From: Thermoplasmata archaeon
GTDB taxonomy: Archaea; Thermoplasmatota; E2; JACPAO01; JAHFTW01
DNA length: 64,000 nt
Direction of reading: 5' to 3'
Assembly (NCBI GenBank): GCA_034667725.1
Contig: JAXDQS010000002.1
Span: 81,741-145,740 of the forward strand
Below, one piece after another: positions 18,096 through 28,369 of this stretch. The notes beneath the pieces are model-generated. The model ran no database searches and had not been told where the DNA came from. It was given only the letters and a program-made list of their open reading frames with translations. The stretch's first letter is position 1. Each line of letters begins with the position of its first letter. The position numbers and the translations under genes were made by a program.

Positions 18096-19113
18096 GTGCC
18101 CCGGCCGCCCGACGCCCTGCACCCTAAGGACGCCCTCCGTCTCGTCCGGCTGCTCAAGCGCCAACTACCGCCCGACGGCTTGCGTCGCCATGACCCGCAC
18201 CCGTTGGCCCAGGACATCGCCGAGAGCGAGAGGCTGTTCCACACCGTCGGCAATCCTGGCTTCCGGGTTCCTGAGGCAATGCTTCGCGCCTGCGTCCTGG
18301 CGAGGGCCCTTGAGACGCTGGCGAAAGCCGGTGCGCCGCACCTCGCGTCCCGCGTCGCGCGGCTGGCGGGCCCCGCGGCCGAATACCAAGCCACGCGGTT
18401 CGAGTTGCTGAAAGCCGCGCATGACGCGCGCCGCGGCATGGCCGTCCGCTTCATTCCTGAAGGCGCCGGCAGGGACGCACGACTTCGACGTCCAAGGCGC
18501 CAGCCGGTTCCACGTCGAGTCAAGCGGTTGGAGCCACAGACGCCGTCCTGTTGCAGCATGATGGCGGACTTCGAGCGCATCCAGGGGGAGGGGCTGGCCT
18601 GCTCAGTCCGCATCTGCTCCGAGGCGCTTCTCACGGACGCCGCGCGGGCGCCAATCGCGGCGGCGGCAAAGGCGGCCATGGCGGAGCGGCGCGCCGGCGC
18701 GTTCGAGGTGCAGCCAGGCATCCAGGCCGAACTGGCTTGGGAGCCGTCGAGGGAGACGCCGCCCCGCTCATCAGGGGCCGCGCCGTCGTCGAGCTGAAGC
18801 CTTCCGGCGACGGCCGGCTGGAGGTCCGCCGTGTCTTCCGCTCGGAAATCCAATGCTCCCAGGCCCAAGACCGCACCCGGGCCGCCTGGGAGCTGCTGGA
18901 GAGGGCGGCGGAGCAGTTGCCCCTGGACGGCCCCGGCCTCGTGGTCCTGTCCATCACGGGCATGCCGAAGGACGGCGGGCGGCGGAGCTGGAGCGGCGGG
19001 TGGTCGCCAAGCTCGGCCGCAGGCCGCACTGTCTCCGCATGGAGGTGCTCAACCCGCTCGCCCGCGTGGCCGCCACGACGGAGATGCTGCCGTTGGAGCC
19101 AGGGGACAGCTAG
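18096..19113 (+). pseudogene. Frameshifted PD-(D/E)xK nuclease-like gene
   Basis: THDFDV...HVExKR lies in a shifted frame at 18475-18530; further frame switches near 18745 and 18975. Confidence 0.6.
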
Positions 19114-19161
19114 GTGGCCAGAAGAGGGTAGGAAAAGGGGGGAAGGAAACGCTCGCCGCGC

Positions 19162-21327
19162 CTACCGGACCAGGTATCCGCCGTAGCTCACGATCAAGCC
19201 CGCGAACACCAGGGCCACCGTGTTGATGACCTTGATCAGGGCGTTGATGGACGGGCCGGCGGTGTCCTTGTAGGGATCGCCGACGGTGTCGCCGACGACG
19301 GCTGCCTTGTGGGCGTCGGAGCCCTTGCGGCCTTGCTTCTCGAGGAGCTTCTTGGCGTTGTCCCAGGCGCCGCCGCCGTTGGACATCGACAGGGCCAGCA
19401 TGAGGCCGGACGCCAGCACGCCGATCAGCAGGCCGCCGAGGGCCAGCGGGCCCCACAGGAAGCCGACGACCAGGGGGGCGCTGACGGCGAGGATGCCGGG
19501 CAGGGCCATCTCCTTGAGGGCGGCCTTGGTGACGATGTCGACGCAGGCGCCGTACTGGGGCTTGCCGGTGCCTTCCATGATGCCGGGAATCTCGCGGAAC
19601 TGGCGGCGGACCTCCTCGATGATGGCGCCGGCGGCCTTGCCGACCGCCTTCATGAGGTAGCTGCTGAACAGGAACGGCAGCATGGCGCCGATCAGGAGGC
19701 CGATGAGCACGAGCGAGTTGTCCAGGGCGAACGCGATGCTTTGGTTGGCGCCGGTTCCGAGGTACTCGAAGTGGAACTTCTGCGACAGCGGCGAGCCTTC
19801 AGGGGCGAGGACACTCAGGCGGTGGCTGTAGTCGGCGAACAGCGCGAGGGCGGCCAGCGCCGCGGAGCCGATGGCGTAGCCCTTCGTGACGGCCTTGGTG
19901 GTGTTGCCCACGGCGTCGAGCGCGTCGGTGGTCTCGCGGACCTCAGCGGGCTGGTGCGACATCTCGGCGATACCGCCGGCGTTGTCGGTGATGGGCCCGT
20001 AGGTGTCCATGGCGACGATCATGCCGGTGACGGACAGCATGGCGACCGCCGCGATGGCGATGCCGTAGAGGCCGGCGAGCTGGTAGGCCGCGAACATGGC
20101 GACCGCGATCACGAGGACCGTGTAGAACGTCGAGTGCATGCCGACGGCGAGGCCGGAGATGATGTTCGTGGCCGGGCCGGTCTCGGACGCCTTGGCGATC
20201 TCCTGGACGGGCTTGTACTTGGTCGCCGTGTAGATCTCCGTGATGACCATCATGAGGACCATCACCGAGATGCCGACGAGGGTGGCCAGGAACATGCTCA
20301 GGGGCGTGACCATCGTGTTGGCGCTGACGCCGTTGAGGACGCTGAAGTCGATGCCCTTGAACACGTAGTCCGTGACGAACCAGAAGCCGATGGCGGCCAG
20401 GGCGGCGGAGGCGTAGACGCCCTTGTACAAGGCGCCCATGATGTCGCCGTTCTTGCCGAGGCGGACGAAGAAGACGCCCAGGATGCTCGCCACGATGGCC
20501 ACGGCGCCCAGAAGCAGCGGGTAGGTCACGAACGCCGCCGCGCCCGGCGCCAGCAGGAAGCCCAGGAGCAGGGCCGCGATGACGGTCACGGCGTACGTCT
20601 CGAACAGGTCGGCGCCCATGCCGGCGCAGTCGCCGACGTTGTCGCCCACGTTGTCCGCGATGACGGCCGGGTTGCGCGGGTCGTCCTCGGGGATGCCCGC
20701 CTCGACCTTGCCCACCAGGTCCGCGCCGACGTCGGCGGCCTTGGTGTAGATGCCGCCGCCGACACGGGCGAACAGCGAGATGAGCGAGGCGCCGAAGGCG
20801 AAGCCGATGAGGGGCTCGACCACGTTGGGCTGGACGTTCGCGGCGTACCCGTTGTTGAACAGGTAGTAGAAGCCCGACACGCCCAAGAGCGCGAGGCCGG
20901 CGACCGCCAGGCCCGCCACCGCGCCGCCGTTGAAGGCGATGCGCAGCGCGGGGGCGAGGCCGTTGCGGGCCGCCTCCGCGACGCGGACGTTGGAGCGCAC
21001 CGAGATGTGCATGCCGATGTAGCCGGAGGCGGCGGAGAACAGGGCGCCCACGATGAAGCACACCGTCGTCCACAGCCACTTGGCCTTGTCCTCGGCGGTG
21101 TCCTGGAACGCCCAGATGGCGACGAACACGGCCACCAGGCCGACGGCCACGAAGGCGATGGTGCGGTACTGGCGGTTCATGTAGGCCAGCGCACCCTCCT
21201 TCACGGCGTTCGAGATCTCGATCATCTTGGCGTCGGTCGGACGCTTGGCAAGGATGCCGCGGGCGATGACGCCGGCGGCGGCGAGCGCGAGCAGGCCCGC
21301 CAGGGGGGCAAGGATGGTCAGGTCCAT
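19162..21327 (-). CDS. hppA: Membrane H+-translocating pyrophosphatase, K+-independent type
   Basis: [34 protein letters not shown] (Lys = K+-independent signature), [10 protein letters not shown]. Confidence 0.97.
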   Translation of the reverse strand: MDLTILAPLAGLLALAAAGVIARGILAKRPTDAKMIEISNAVKEGALAYMNRQYRTIAFVAVGLVAVFVAIWAFQDTAEDKAKWLWTTVCFIVGALFSAASGYIGMHISVRSNVRVAEAARNGLAPALRIAFNGGAVAGLAVAGLALLGVSGFYYLFNNGYAANVQPNVVEPLIGFAFGASLISLFARVGGGIYTKAADVGADLVGKVEAGIPEDDPRNPAVIADNVGDNVGDCAGMGADLFETYAVTVIAALLLGFLLAPGAAAFVTYPLLLGAVAIVASILGVFFVRLGKNGDIMGALYKGVYASAALAAIGFWFVTDYVFKGIDFSVLNGVSANTMVTPLSMFLATLVGISVMVLMMVITEIYTATKYKPVQEIAKASETGPATNIISGLAVGMHSTFYTVLVIAVAMFAAYQLAGLYGIAIAAVAMLSVTGMIVAMDTYGPITDNAGGIAEMSHQPAEVRETTDALDAVGNTTKAVTKGYAIGSAALAALALFADYSHRLSVLAPEGSPLSQKFHFEYLGTGANQSIAFALDNSLVLIGLLIGAMLPFLFSSYLMKAVGKAAGAIIEEVRRQFREIPGIMEGTGKPQYGACVDIVTKAALKEMALPGILAVSAPLVVGFLWGPLALGGLLIGVLASGLMLALSMSNGGGAWDNAKKLLEKQGRKGSDAHKAAVVGDTVGDPYKDTAGPSINALIKVINTVALVFAGLIVSYGGYLVR

Positions 21328-21339
21328 CGGGTCACCGTT

Positions 21340-21987
21340 CTAGAGGCTGGCCTCGAAGTCGTCAACGGACTTGCCGAACGCGGCGCGGTCGGCGAGCTCG
21401 CCACGGGCGACCAGGATCTCGCGCGCCAGCAGCCAGTACACGAGGGCCAGGCTGCGGCGGCCCTTGTTGTTGGAGGGCACGACGATGTCCAGGTTCTTGG
21501 TCTCGTTGTTGGAGTCGACGAGGCCGATGATGGGGACCTTGATGTTCATGGCCTCGCGCATGGCCTGCGCGTCGCCGAGCGGGTCGGTCAGGACCAGCAC
21601 CTCGGGCTCCATGAAGTTGGGCGTGATCGGGTTGGTCAGGCTGCCCGGCATGAAGCGGCCGGCGATGGCGGTGGCGCCGACGGCCTTGGCGGCCTCCTTG
21701 ACCGGCTTCTGGCCGTATTGGCGCTGGCTCACGAACAGGATGCGGCTCGGCTCGTACTTGGCCAGGAACTGCGCGACCTTGCGGATTTGCGCGTCGGTCT
21801 TGGCGACGTCGAGCACGAACAGGCCGTCGTTGCGGACCCGGAAGATGTACGGCTTCATGTCCGCCGTCTTGTGCTGCGTGCCGATGTGGACGCCCGACGT
21901 GAGGTACTCCTCCTCCGGGACCAGCAGTTCGGTGCCCGGCGCGGCGCTCGAGGCCTGCTGGGTGTCAAGGAAGGTTTCGTCGCTCAC
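21340..21987 (-). CDS. rps2: 30S ribosomal protein uS2 (archaeal)
   Basis: YLTSGVHIGTQ, GRFMPGSLTNP, PSNNKGRRSLALVYWLLAR. Confidence 0.97.
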   Translation of the reverse strand: MSDETFLDTQQASSAAPGTELLVPEEEYLTSGVHIGTQHKTADMKPYIFRVRNDGLFVLDVAKTDAQIRKVAQFLAKYEPSRILFVSQRQYGQKPVKEAAKAVGATAIAGRFMPGSLTNPITPNFMEPEVLVLTDPLGDAQAMREAMNIKVPIIGLVDSNNETKNLDIVVPSNNKGRRSLALVYWLLAREILVARGELADRAAFGKSVDDFEASL

Positions 21988-22175
21988 TGTTTCACCTGGT
22001 GGGTCTTGCTGCGCTTGACGGTGAGGGGGATGGCGTTGGCGTCGTACTCCAGCATGGCCACCCGGACGGGGTTGCGCACGTCGGCGGGGATCTCGATCAG
22101 GGGCGGGGCGCCCATGGAGACCTGCAGGGCACGGGCGCCGACGATGCGGGCCTTCTCGAAACGGGTGTAGTCCAA
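21984..22175 (-). CDS. rpoK: RNA polymerase subunit K (Rpo6)
   Basis: YTRFEKARIVGARALQVSMGAP; TTG start with GAGGTGA RBS. Confidence 0.97.
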   Translation of the reverse strand: MDYTRFEKARIVGARALQVSMGAPPLIEIPADVRNPVRVAMLEYDANAIPLTVKRSKTHQVKQ

Positions 22176-22233
22176 GCCATCACCTCACCGGGGTCCCAAA
22201 GGCACCCGGCGTCGGGTGCGGGACGAAGGCGGG

Positions 22234-22241
22234 GATATAAA
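22234..22241 (-). promoter_or_regulatory. TATA box (TTTATATC) for rpoK-rps2-hppA
   Basis: Canonical archaeal TATA ~60 nt upstream of the rpoK start. Confidence 0.7.
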
Positions 22242-22444
22242 CGGTTGCCCCGGCCGATGGGCGCGGCTGGCTAGGCAAGATCGGAGTCGCTGCCACCCCG
22301 GCCTGTGGAAAGGCCTTGGGTCGCCATGCCGCCTGCGCGGCATCTGCTCCTTGAGGCAAGCCAGCCGGCGATGGGGCATAAGGGCTGTGGTCAGGCGCAA
22401 GAAAAGGGAGAATGAGGGGAAGGCGGGAAAGGGGGATGTTCAGT

Positions 22445-24484
22445 TCAGCATCCCGTCGTCGGCGTCGCGTTCGGCCAGACGTACCCGCCCGACTTGTCCG
22501 CCTCGCTGCCGCTCAGGGCTTCGAACGTGACCACGGTGCCCGGCGGGATGTACGTGCCGAGGGTCCACTTGCCCCACTGCGCATTGTACACCATGTCGGC
22601 GGGGTCGCTGTTGCAGTTGCCCAGGTAGGCCCACACGATGTTGACCTCCTTGTTGCCGGTCACGACGACCTCGGCCCAGTGGTCGTTGCCCTTGACGCCG
22701 CTGAAGGTGGCGTCGAAGGTGCTGGTCCCGGAGGGGCAGGCGACCTTGGTAGCGTCCGTGTTGGGCGCCGGAATCCAGCGGTAGCAGTCGCTCAGGTCGG
22801 TGGCGCCGGTGCTGCTGGTGGCGCGGAACTGCACGATGGTCCCTTGCACGATGTGGTCGGAGCGCCCGTAGCCGCCCCAGCTCTGCTTGACCATGGGTTG
22901 CCACGGGCCGCCGTTGAGCCGGACGTCGACGGCCGCGATGGTCTTTCCATTGCCGTTGACGCTGGCCTGCACCCACCACTCGTTGCCGCGGACGCCGGTG
23001 AAGGTGGCGTCGAAGGTGGCCGCCGCGGTCTGGAACCGCTGGACCCAGGTGGTGTCGTCGGCCGAGTTGTAGGCCATGGCGAACGCCTCGCGGACGCCGT
23101 CGCGGTCGCCGTCGCCCACGATGAGGCGGGTGCCGTAGAACGGCATCGTGCCCAGGAGCTGGCTGGTCCACGCCGTGCTGCCTTTGCGCACCAGGTAGAC
23201 CTTGTCCCAGGCAAGGACGTAGAGCTCCTGGCGGCCGTCGTTGTCGGCGTCGCCTAGGAACAGGTCGTTGACGACGTCCGTGAACGACGTGGCGGTCTCG
23301 CGGGTCCAGACGCCGTTGACGCGCCGGAAGATCTCCAGCGTGCTGCCGGTCATGGTGGCGATCTCGCCCTTGCCGTCGCCGTCCACGTCGCCCGCGACGA
23401 CGGGGCCGGGGCTGTTGCTGGGCGCGCCGACGTAGACCGTCTGCCAGGCGCCGCCCACGAACTCCACCATGTGGATGTCGCTCGTGCTGTAGGCGGGGCC
23501 GTAGCCGGCCACCGAGACGACCAGCTCGGGCTGGCCGTCGGCGTCGCCGTCGCCGACCCAAGCGTGGATGGCCGAGGACTGCACCGCGACGCCGTCGATG
23601 GTCATAATGCGGGTGTTGCCGGCGAAGTAGCCGAGCTTCCAGGCGGCGGCGTTGCCGTCGGCGTCCATGCCGACCGCGTAGAGGTCGAGCTTGCCGTCGC
23701 GGTCCACGTCCCCGATGGTGACGGCCTCGAGGAAGGTGCCCGGCAGCTCGGCCAGGAGCGTCTCCTGGTAGGCGAACTCGCCAGTGCGGACGTACCGGAA
23801 CACCTGGCTGCCGCCGAGGGTGTCGGAGTAGCGGGCGCCGTAGACCTCGGCCTTGCCGTTGGCGTCCAGGTCCCCTGCCGCGACCGCGGACCAGTCGTCC
23901 CGCGCGGACACCGCGAACGAGGTGTCGCCGCGCAGATGGAACAGGGCGATGGTGGTCGCCACGTAGAGGTCGCCGCGGCGGTCGCCGTCCGTGTCTCCGG
24001 TGGTGGCGTCCATGGTCATGCGGGACGAGATGGTGAACGTGTCCTGGGTCCAGGTCGCCGGGGGCGGGGGCGGCGGCGGAGGGGGCGGGGGCGGCGTGGT
24101 GCCGCATTGCTCGGCGCCGGCCGGATGCGTGAAGGGGCAACTGGTGACGACGCCCGCCGCCGTCGTGGCCCGGAAGGTCACGCGGTGGCCGGACTCGACG
24201 TGGTAACTCAGCGCCCACGAGCCCCATTCCGGATGGTTCGTCATGGCGGCCCACGGCCCGCCGTCGTCCATCACTTCCACTTTGGAGACCGGGCTGGTGC
24301 TGGTGACGATGGCCTCGACCCACCACTCGTTGCCGCCGGCCTTGTCCCTGAACGTGACCGTGCCGCCGCCGGGAAGCGGCTGCGCATGGTTGGCGGCCAC
24401 TCCCGGGGCAAGGCACAGCCCGAGGAACAGGCTGAAACCTACGGCCGCCGCGAACGCAGGTAGGCGGCGAGATTGCTCGAGCAT
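22445..24484 (-). CDS. Secreted FG-GAP/VCBS beta-propeller protein with three GNxWW (expansin D2/CBM63-like) domains
   Basis: Signal peptide, poly-Pro linker, GDxDxDG repeats, three similar ~80-aa Trp-rich modules. Confidence 0.85.
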   Translation of the reverse strand: MLEQSRRLPAFAAAVGFSLFLGLCLAPGVAANHAQPLPGGGTVTFRDKAGGNEWWVEAIVTSTSPVSKVEVMDDGGPWAAMTNHPEWGSWALSYHVESGHRVTFRATTAAGVVTSCPFTHPAGAEQCGTTPPPPPPPPPPPPATWTQDTFTISSRMTMDATTGDTDGDRRGDLYVATTIALFHLRGDTSFAVSARDDWSAVAAGDLDANGKAEVYGARYSDTLGGSQVFRYVRTGEFAYQETLLAELPGTFLEAVTIGDVDRDGKLDLYAVGMDADGNAAAWKLGYFAGNTRIMTIDGVAVQSSAIHAWVGDGDADGQPELVVSVAGYGPAYSTSDIHMVEFVGGAWQTVYVGAPSNSPGPVVAGDVDGDGKGEIATMTGSTLEIFRRVNGVWTRETATSFTDVVNDLFLGDADNDGRQELYVLAWDKVYLVRKGSTAWTSQLLGTMPFYGTRLIVGDGDRDGVREAFAMAYNSADDTTWVQRFQTAAATFDATFTGVRGNEWWVQASVNGNGKTIAAVDVRLNGGPWQPMVKQSWGGYGRSDHIVQGTIVQFRATSSTGATDLSDCYRWIPAPNTDATKVACPSGTSTFDATFSGVKGNDHWAEVVVTGNKEVNIVWAYLGNCNSDPADMVYNAQWGKWTLGTYIPPGTVVTFEALSGSEADKSGGYVWPNATPTTGC

Positions 24485-24748
24485 GCTGGACGCTCGGGGA
24501 CGCGAAGGCAAAAAACGCCCCATTTAGGCAGAGGACTTGTCCACTTCCGGGGGCCGCGGAATGCGCGGCGGGCTTCTCAGGCGAGCCGGCGGCGGCGAGG
24601 GGATGGGGATTGAAGGGCCCCCGCCCGAAGGCGGAGGCCCTGCCAGCCGGACAAGAAAAGGGCCGCGGCCGGGTCCGGGCTTGGCCCGGCAAGAGCGCCA
24701 ACGTGGGCCGCCATGTAAGTCTAAGCCCCGCGGCCGGGTCCGCGCGGC

Positions 24749-25504
24749 GTGGACGCGGCCACGCTCGCCCTGCTGGCAGCGGCCGGGTTCCTCGCCGCCT
24801 TCATCGACTCGCAGGTGGGCGGGGGCGGCGTCATCAGCCTCCCGGCGCTGATCGCCGCTGGCCTGCCGCCCCATCTTGCCCTTGGCACCAACAAGCTGGC
24901 CGGCACCGGCTCGGCGCTCATGGCGTCGTTCAACTACGCCCGGCGCGGCCTGGTGCCGTGGCGGCTGGCGCTGCCATTGGGCGCCCTGAGCTTTGTCGCG
25001 GCGTTCGCCGGCGTGGAGCTGGCGCTCGCGGTCGATGGGCGCCTCGTGCTCTACGCGGTGCTCGGCGTCATGGCGGCGATGACGCTCTACACCGTCCGCC
25101 GGCCGCGTTTCGGCGCCGACGACCGCCCCGGCGCGACCTCGGACCTGCAGCTGCTCGGCATGGGGCTGTCCTGCATCGCCATCGGGCTCTACGACGGCTT
25201 CCTTGGGCCGGGCACCGGCTCGTTCCTGCTGTTCGCGGTCGTCGGCTGGCTCGGCATCGGCTTCCGCCGCGCCGCCGCCCTCGGCCGCGTGTTGAACCTC
25301 GCGTCGAACCTGGCCGCGCTGGCGCTGTTCGTCGCGCACGGCATGGTGGCGTGGCAGCCCGGCCTCGTCATGCTGGCGGCCATGCTGGGGGGAGCCTACG
25401 TAGGCAGCCACGTCGCGATCCGGCACGGCGACCGCTACCTCAAGCCGCTGTTCGTCGGCGTGACGCTGGTGCTGATGGCGCGCATTCTGTGGGGGCTGGC
25501 CTAG
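24749..25504 (+). CDS. TSUP (TauE/SafE) family transporter
   Basis: FIDSQVGGGG, ALGTNK, YDGFLGPGTGSF. Confidence 0.93.
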   Translation: MDAATLALLAAAGFLAAFIDSQVGGGGVISLPALIAAGLPPHLALGTNKLAGTGSALMASFNYARRGLVPWRLALPLGALSFVAAFAGVELALAVDGRLVLYAVLGVMAAMTLYTVRRPRFGADDRPGATSDLQLLGMGLSCIAIGLYDGFLGPGTGSFLLFAVVGWLGIGFRRAAALGRVLNLASNLAALALFVAHGMVAWQPGLVMLAAMLGGAYVGSHVAIRHGDRYLKPLFVGVTLVLMARILWGLA

Positions 25505-25548
25505 CTAGAAAAACGTTCAAGCACGGCCCGCTTGCCTCGCCTGAGCCC

Positions 25549-26832
25549 ATGCCTGTCAAGCCCACCCCGGACGCGGAGTATTCCTGGAACAAGCCGGACT
25601 TCTTCGCGAGCTCCGTGCAGCAGGTCCAGCCGACGAAGGACGTCGTCAAGCTCATCGACATGATGCGCGACACCTCGGCGCAGGGCCGCCAGCTCGGCAT
25701 GGTGTGCGACATCCTGCGCCGCGCCTTGGAGGACCCCGAGCGCCCGACCGTCGTGCTGGCCACCGCGGGCACCCTAATCTCGACCGGGATGCGCGACCTG
25801 TTCGTCAAGATGATGGAGGCCGGCTTCATCGACGCCTGGGTCTCGACCGGCGGCTGCATCGACGACGACCTCTACATCTCGCTCGGCGGCCCCGTCGGCA
25901 TCGGCCGCCCCTCCATCGACAACCTGCTGCTGCGCGAGCACATGATCGACCGGCTGTACGACTCCTACATCGACGAGGACTTCCTGCGCGCCTGCGACGG
26001 CTACATCTCCTACATGGCGGACGACCCCCGCATCGCCGGCCCCCGCACCAGCCGCGAGTTCACCTACTTCCTCGGCCAGGCCATCCGCGACCGCCGCCGC
26101 TACAACGACCTCACGCCCCAGAACGACGGCGTGCTGGCCGCCGTCAACCGCTTCGAGGTCCCGCTCTGGCTCCCCGCCCTCACCGACTGCTCGATGGGCA
26201 TCGGCCTCTGCATCAACCACTGGCGCCACACCCGCGCCGGCACCAAGAAGACGTTCTTCCACGACCCCGTCGCCGACAACTGGGAAATCACCCAGATGAA
26301 GGGCAACAGCAAGAAGTCGTGCGTCATCTACCTCGGCGGCGGCGTGCCCAAGAACTTCGTCAACGACTGCGAGGTCGTCTGCGAGACCACCGAGTACACC
26401 GACCGCGAAGGCCACGAGTACGCCGTCAACATCACGATGGACCGCCCGGAGTTCAACGGCCTCTCCGGCAGCACGCTGGAGGAGGCGCAGGCGTGGGGCA
26501 AGATCCACCGCGACGCCACCAAGGCCACCTGCTACGCCGACGTCCTTCTGGCCTGGCCCATCGTCGCCAACTACCTGCTCGCGACCTGCAAGCCCCGCAA
26601 GCTGCTCCGGCCCAAGTGGCAAGGCAACGAGCTGGTCGAGATGGGCGGCCGCGCCATCGGACGCCGCGACGGCGAGTTCGCCGAGGCCCCCGCCCCCTTC
26701 ACGCCGGGCACCGGCAAGGCGAAGGGCAAGGCCAAGACCGTCGGCGCCAAGAACGGCAAGGCCAAGGGCGAGAAGGCCAAGCCCATCGTCCACGGCAAGC
26801 CCGGCAAGAAGGTCACGGTCAAGAGCCGGTAG
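25549..26832 (+). CDS. Deoxyhypusine synthase-like protein with Lys-rich C-terminal tail
   Basis: VSTGG, DRLYD, PALTDCSMG, LGGGVPKNF, GLSGSTLEEAQAWGK. Confidence 0.9.
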   Translation: MPVKPTPDAEYSWNKPDFFASSVQQVQPTKDVVKLIDMMRDTSAQGRQLGMVCDILRRALEDPERPTVVLATAGTLISTGMRDLFVKMMEAGFIDAWVSTGGCIDDDLYISLGGPVGIGRPSIDNLLLREHMIDRLYDSYIDEDFLRACDGYISYMADDPRIAGPRTSREFTYFLGQAIRDRRRYNDLTPQNDGVLAAVNRFEVPLWLPALTDCSMGIGLCINHWRHTRAGTKKTFFHDPVADNWEITQMKGNSKKSCVIYLGGGVPKNFVNDCEVVCETTEYTDREGHEYAVNITMDRPEFNGLSGSTLEEAQAWGKIHRDATKATCYADVLLAWPIVANYLLATCKPRKLLRPKWQGNELVEMGGRAIGRRDGEFAEAPAPFTPGTGKAKGKAKTVGAKNGKAKGEKAKPIVHGKPGKKVTVKSR

Positions 26833-26882
26833 CCCCGAGGTCGCTGCCGCAAGCTTGAGGTGAGCGCGGCCCATCCGTCGGC

Positions 26883-27512
26883 GTGCGCGTCCGACTGGCG
26901 GCCTGGGGCGCCGCGGCCCTCGCGGTCAACGCCGTCTCCTACCTCCCGCCCATCCGGGAGACCGTGTTCCACTCGATCCTCAGCCTGTTCGGGTTCGCCG
27001 GCTACCTGCTGTTGAGCTTCGACCCGCCAGTGCGCACGCGCCTCCAGTTCCGCTTCCTCGTGGCCGGCGCCATCGTGGGAGTGGCCGGCTTCCTGGCCGT
27101 GAGCCAGTCGTGGCACGTCGTGGCCCACGCCTTCGGGTCGGGGTGCGCCGTCGCGTTCCTCGCGCTCCCCCTCTGGCTGTTCGCGCGCTCCGAGCGCTTC
27201 GTGTTCGTGGCGGCCGGCGCCGTCGCGGTCGCCGCCAAGTTCCTCGACGGCACGGCGGGCGAGCTGGCCTCCTACGCCGGCTTCGGCGCCGCGGCACTCG
27301 CCACCGCCTTGTGCGCCATGCGCCTGGCCAACCCCGGCGGCACCGTGATACCGGCCCGCAAGCCGCCCCGCATGGTGTGGGGCCGCGACATCATGACCCT
27401 CACGGACGACCAGAAGGCCCAGCGGCTTGCTGCGCTGGACGCCCGCTTCGAGGCCGGCGAGATTCCGGAACACGTCTACTGGGACCGCCGCCAAGAGATC
27501 GAGTCGCGCTGA
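26883..27512 (+). CDS. Membrane protein with C-terminal SHOCT-like domain
   Basis: ~6 TM; LAALDARFEAGEIPEHVY. Confidence 0.75.
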   Translation: MRVRLAAWGAAALAVNAVSYLPPIRETVFHSILSLFGFAGYLLLSFDPPVRTRLQFRFLVAGAIVGVAGFLAVSQSWHVVAHAFGSGCAVAFLALPLWLFARSERFVFVAAGAVAVAAKFLDGTAGELASYAGFGAAALATALCAMRLANPGGTVIPARKPPRMVWGRDIMTLTDDQKAQRLAALDARFEAGEIPEHVYWDRRQEIESR

Positions 27513-27550
27513 GCGACACGCACAAGAGCGGGGCCGGGCTCGATGGCGCG

Positions 27551-28369
27551 TTGGAGACAGAACGGCGCGAGCCCCAGCTCCTCGACCTGCCCATGGTCAA
27601 GCAGGGCCGCGCCGACCGCCTGAAGGCCGCCGGCATCGACACCGTGGACAAGCTGTGGAAGGCCGACCTGGGCAAGCTGGCGGCCGACCCGGCGTTCGCC
27701 ACCGACGACGGCCTCCTGGGGCAGCTCCCTCTCCTGCAAGGCTACGCCGAGGCGCACGCCAAGGGCGCCGCCATCGTGTACGCGGCCGACGAGCGGCTGT
27801 TCCAGCTCAAGGAGCCCGTGCTGCACCTCGACCTGGAGTTCGACGGCCCCGCCTCCGAGATTTTCCTGTGGGGCTACCTCGACCACGCGACCGGGCGCAT
27901 CGAGCAGCACTTCGACCACACCCGCCACGGCCAAGAGCGCCTGCTGCGCGAGTTCCAGCAGCGCTGCCGCGACATCGACCCCACCGTCGTGACCTGGGGC
28001 GGCACCTCCAGCGACCTGGTGCAGCTGCGCCGCGCCTGCGACAAATACAAGATGGACACGGCGTGGATCCGCAAGGTCCGTTGGCTGGACTTGCAGACCC
28101 AGGTGGTCTACACGGGCAACCCAGAGACCCAGCGCATCTACCTGCCCGTCCGGAACTTCAGCAGCGACACGGTGGCCAAGCACTTCGGCTACGAGAAGCC
28201 CCGGCTGCGCATCAAGGACGGCTTCGCGGCGCTCAAGATCTACCAGGCGTACAAGCGCGCGCCCCGGGAAGGCATCAAGCGCGACCTGTGCGAGTACAAC
28301 GCCGAGGACATCAAGCACACCAAGCTGATCTTGGACGGCGTGCGCGAGTTGATGCGGCCGCTGATCTAA
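27551..28369 (+). CDS. HhH + RNase H-like (YprB/TM0106-type) putative nuclease
   Basis: RLKAAGIDTV HhH, HLDLEFD, WLDL, YNAEDI. Confidence 0.8.
   Translation: METERREPQLLDLPMVKQGRADRLKAAGIDTVDKLWKADLGKLAADPAFATDDGLLGQLPLLQGYAEAHAKGAAIVYAADERLFQLKEPVLHLDLEFDGPASEIFLWGYLDHATGRIEQHFDHTRHGQERLLREFQQRCRDIDPTVVTWGGTSSDLVQLRRACDKYKMDTAWIRKVRWLDLQTQVVYTGNPETQRIYLPVRNFSSDTVAKHFGYEKPRLRIKDGFAALKIYQAYKRAPREGIKRDLCEYNAEDIKHTKLILDGVRELMRPLI

Noticed and set aside
22176-22440. tRNA or other ncRNA upstream of rpoK
   Set aside because: No cloverleaf, SRP or RNase P motifs; explained by the promoter and a terminator-like tract.
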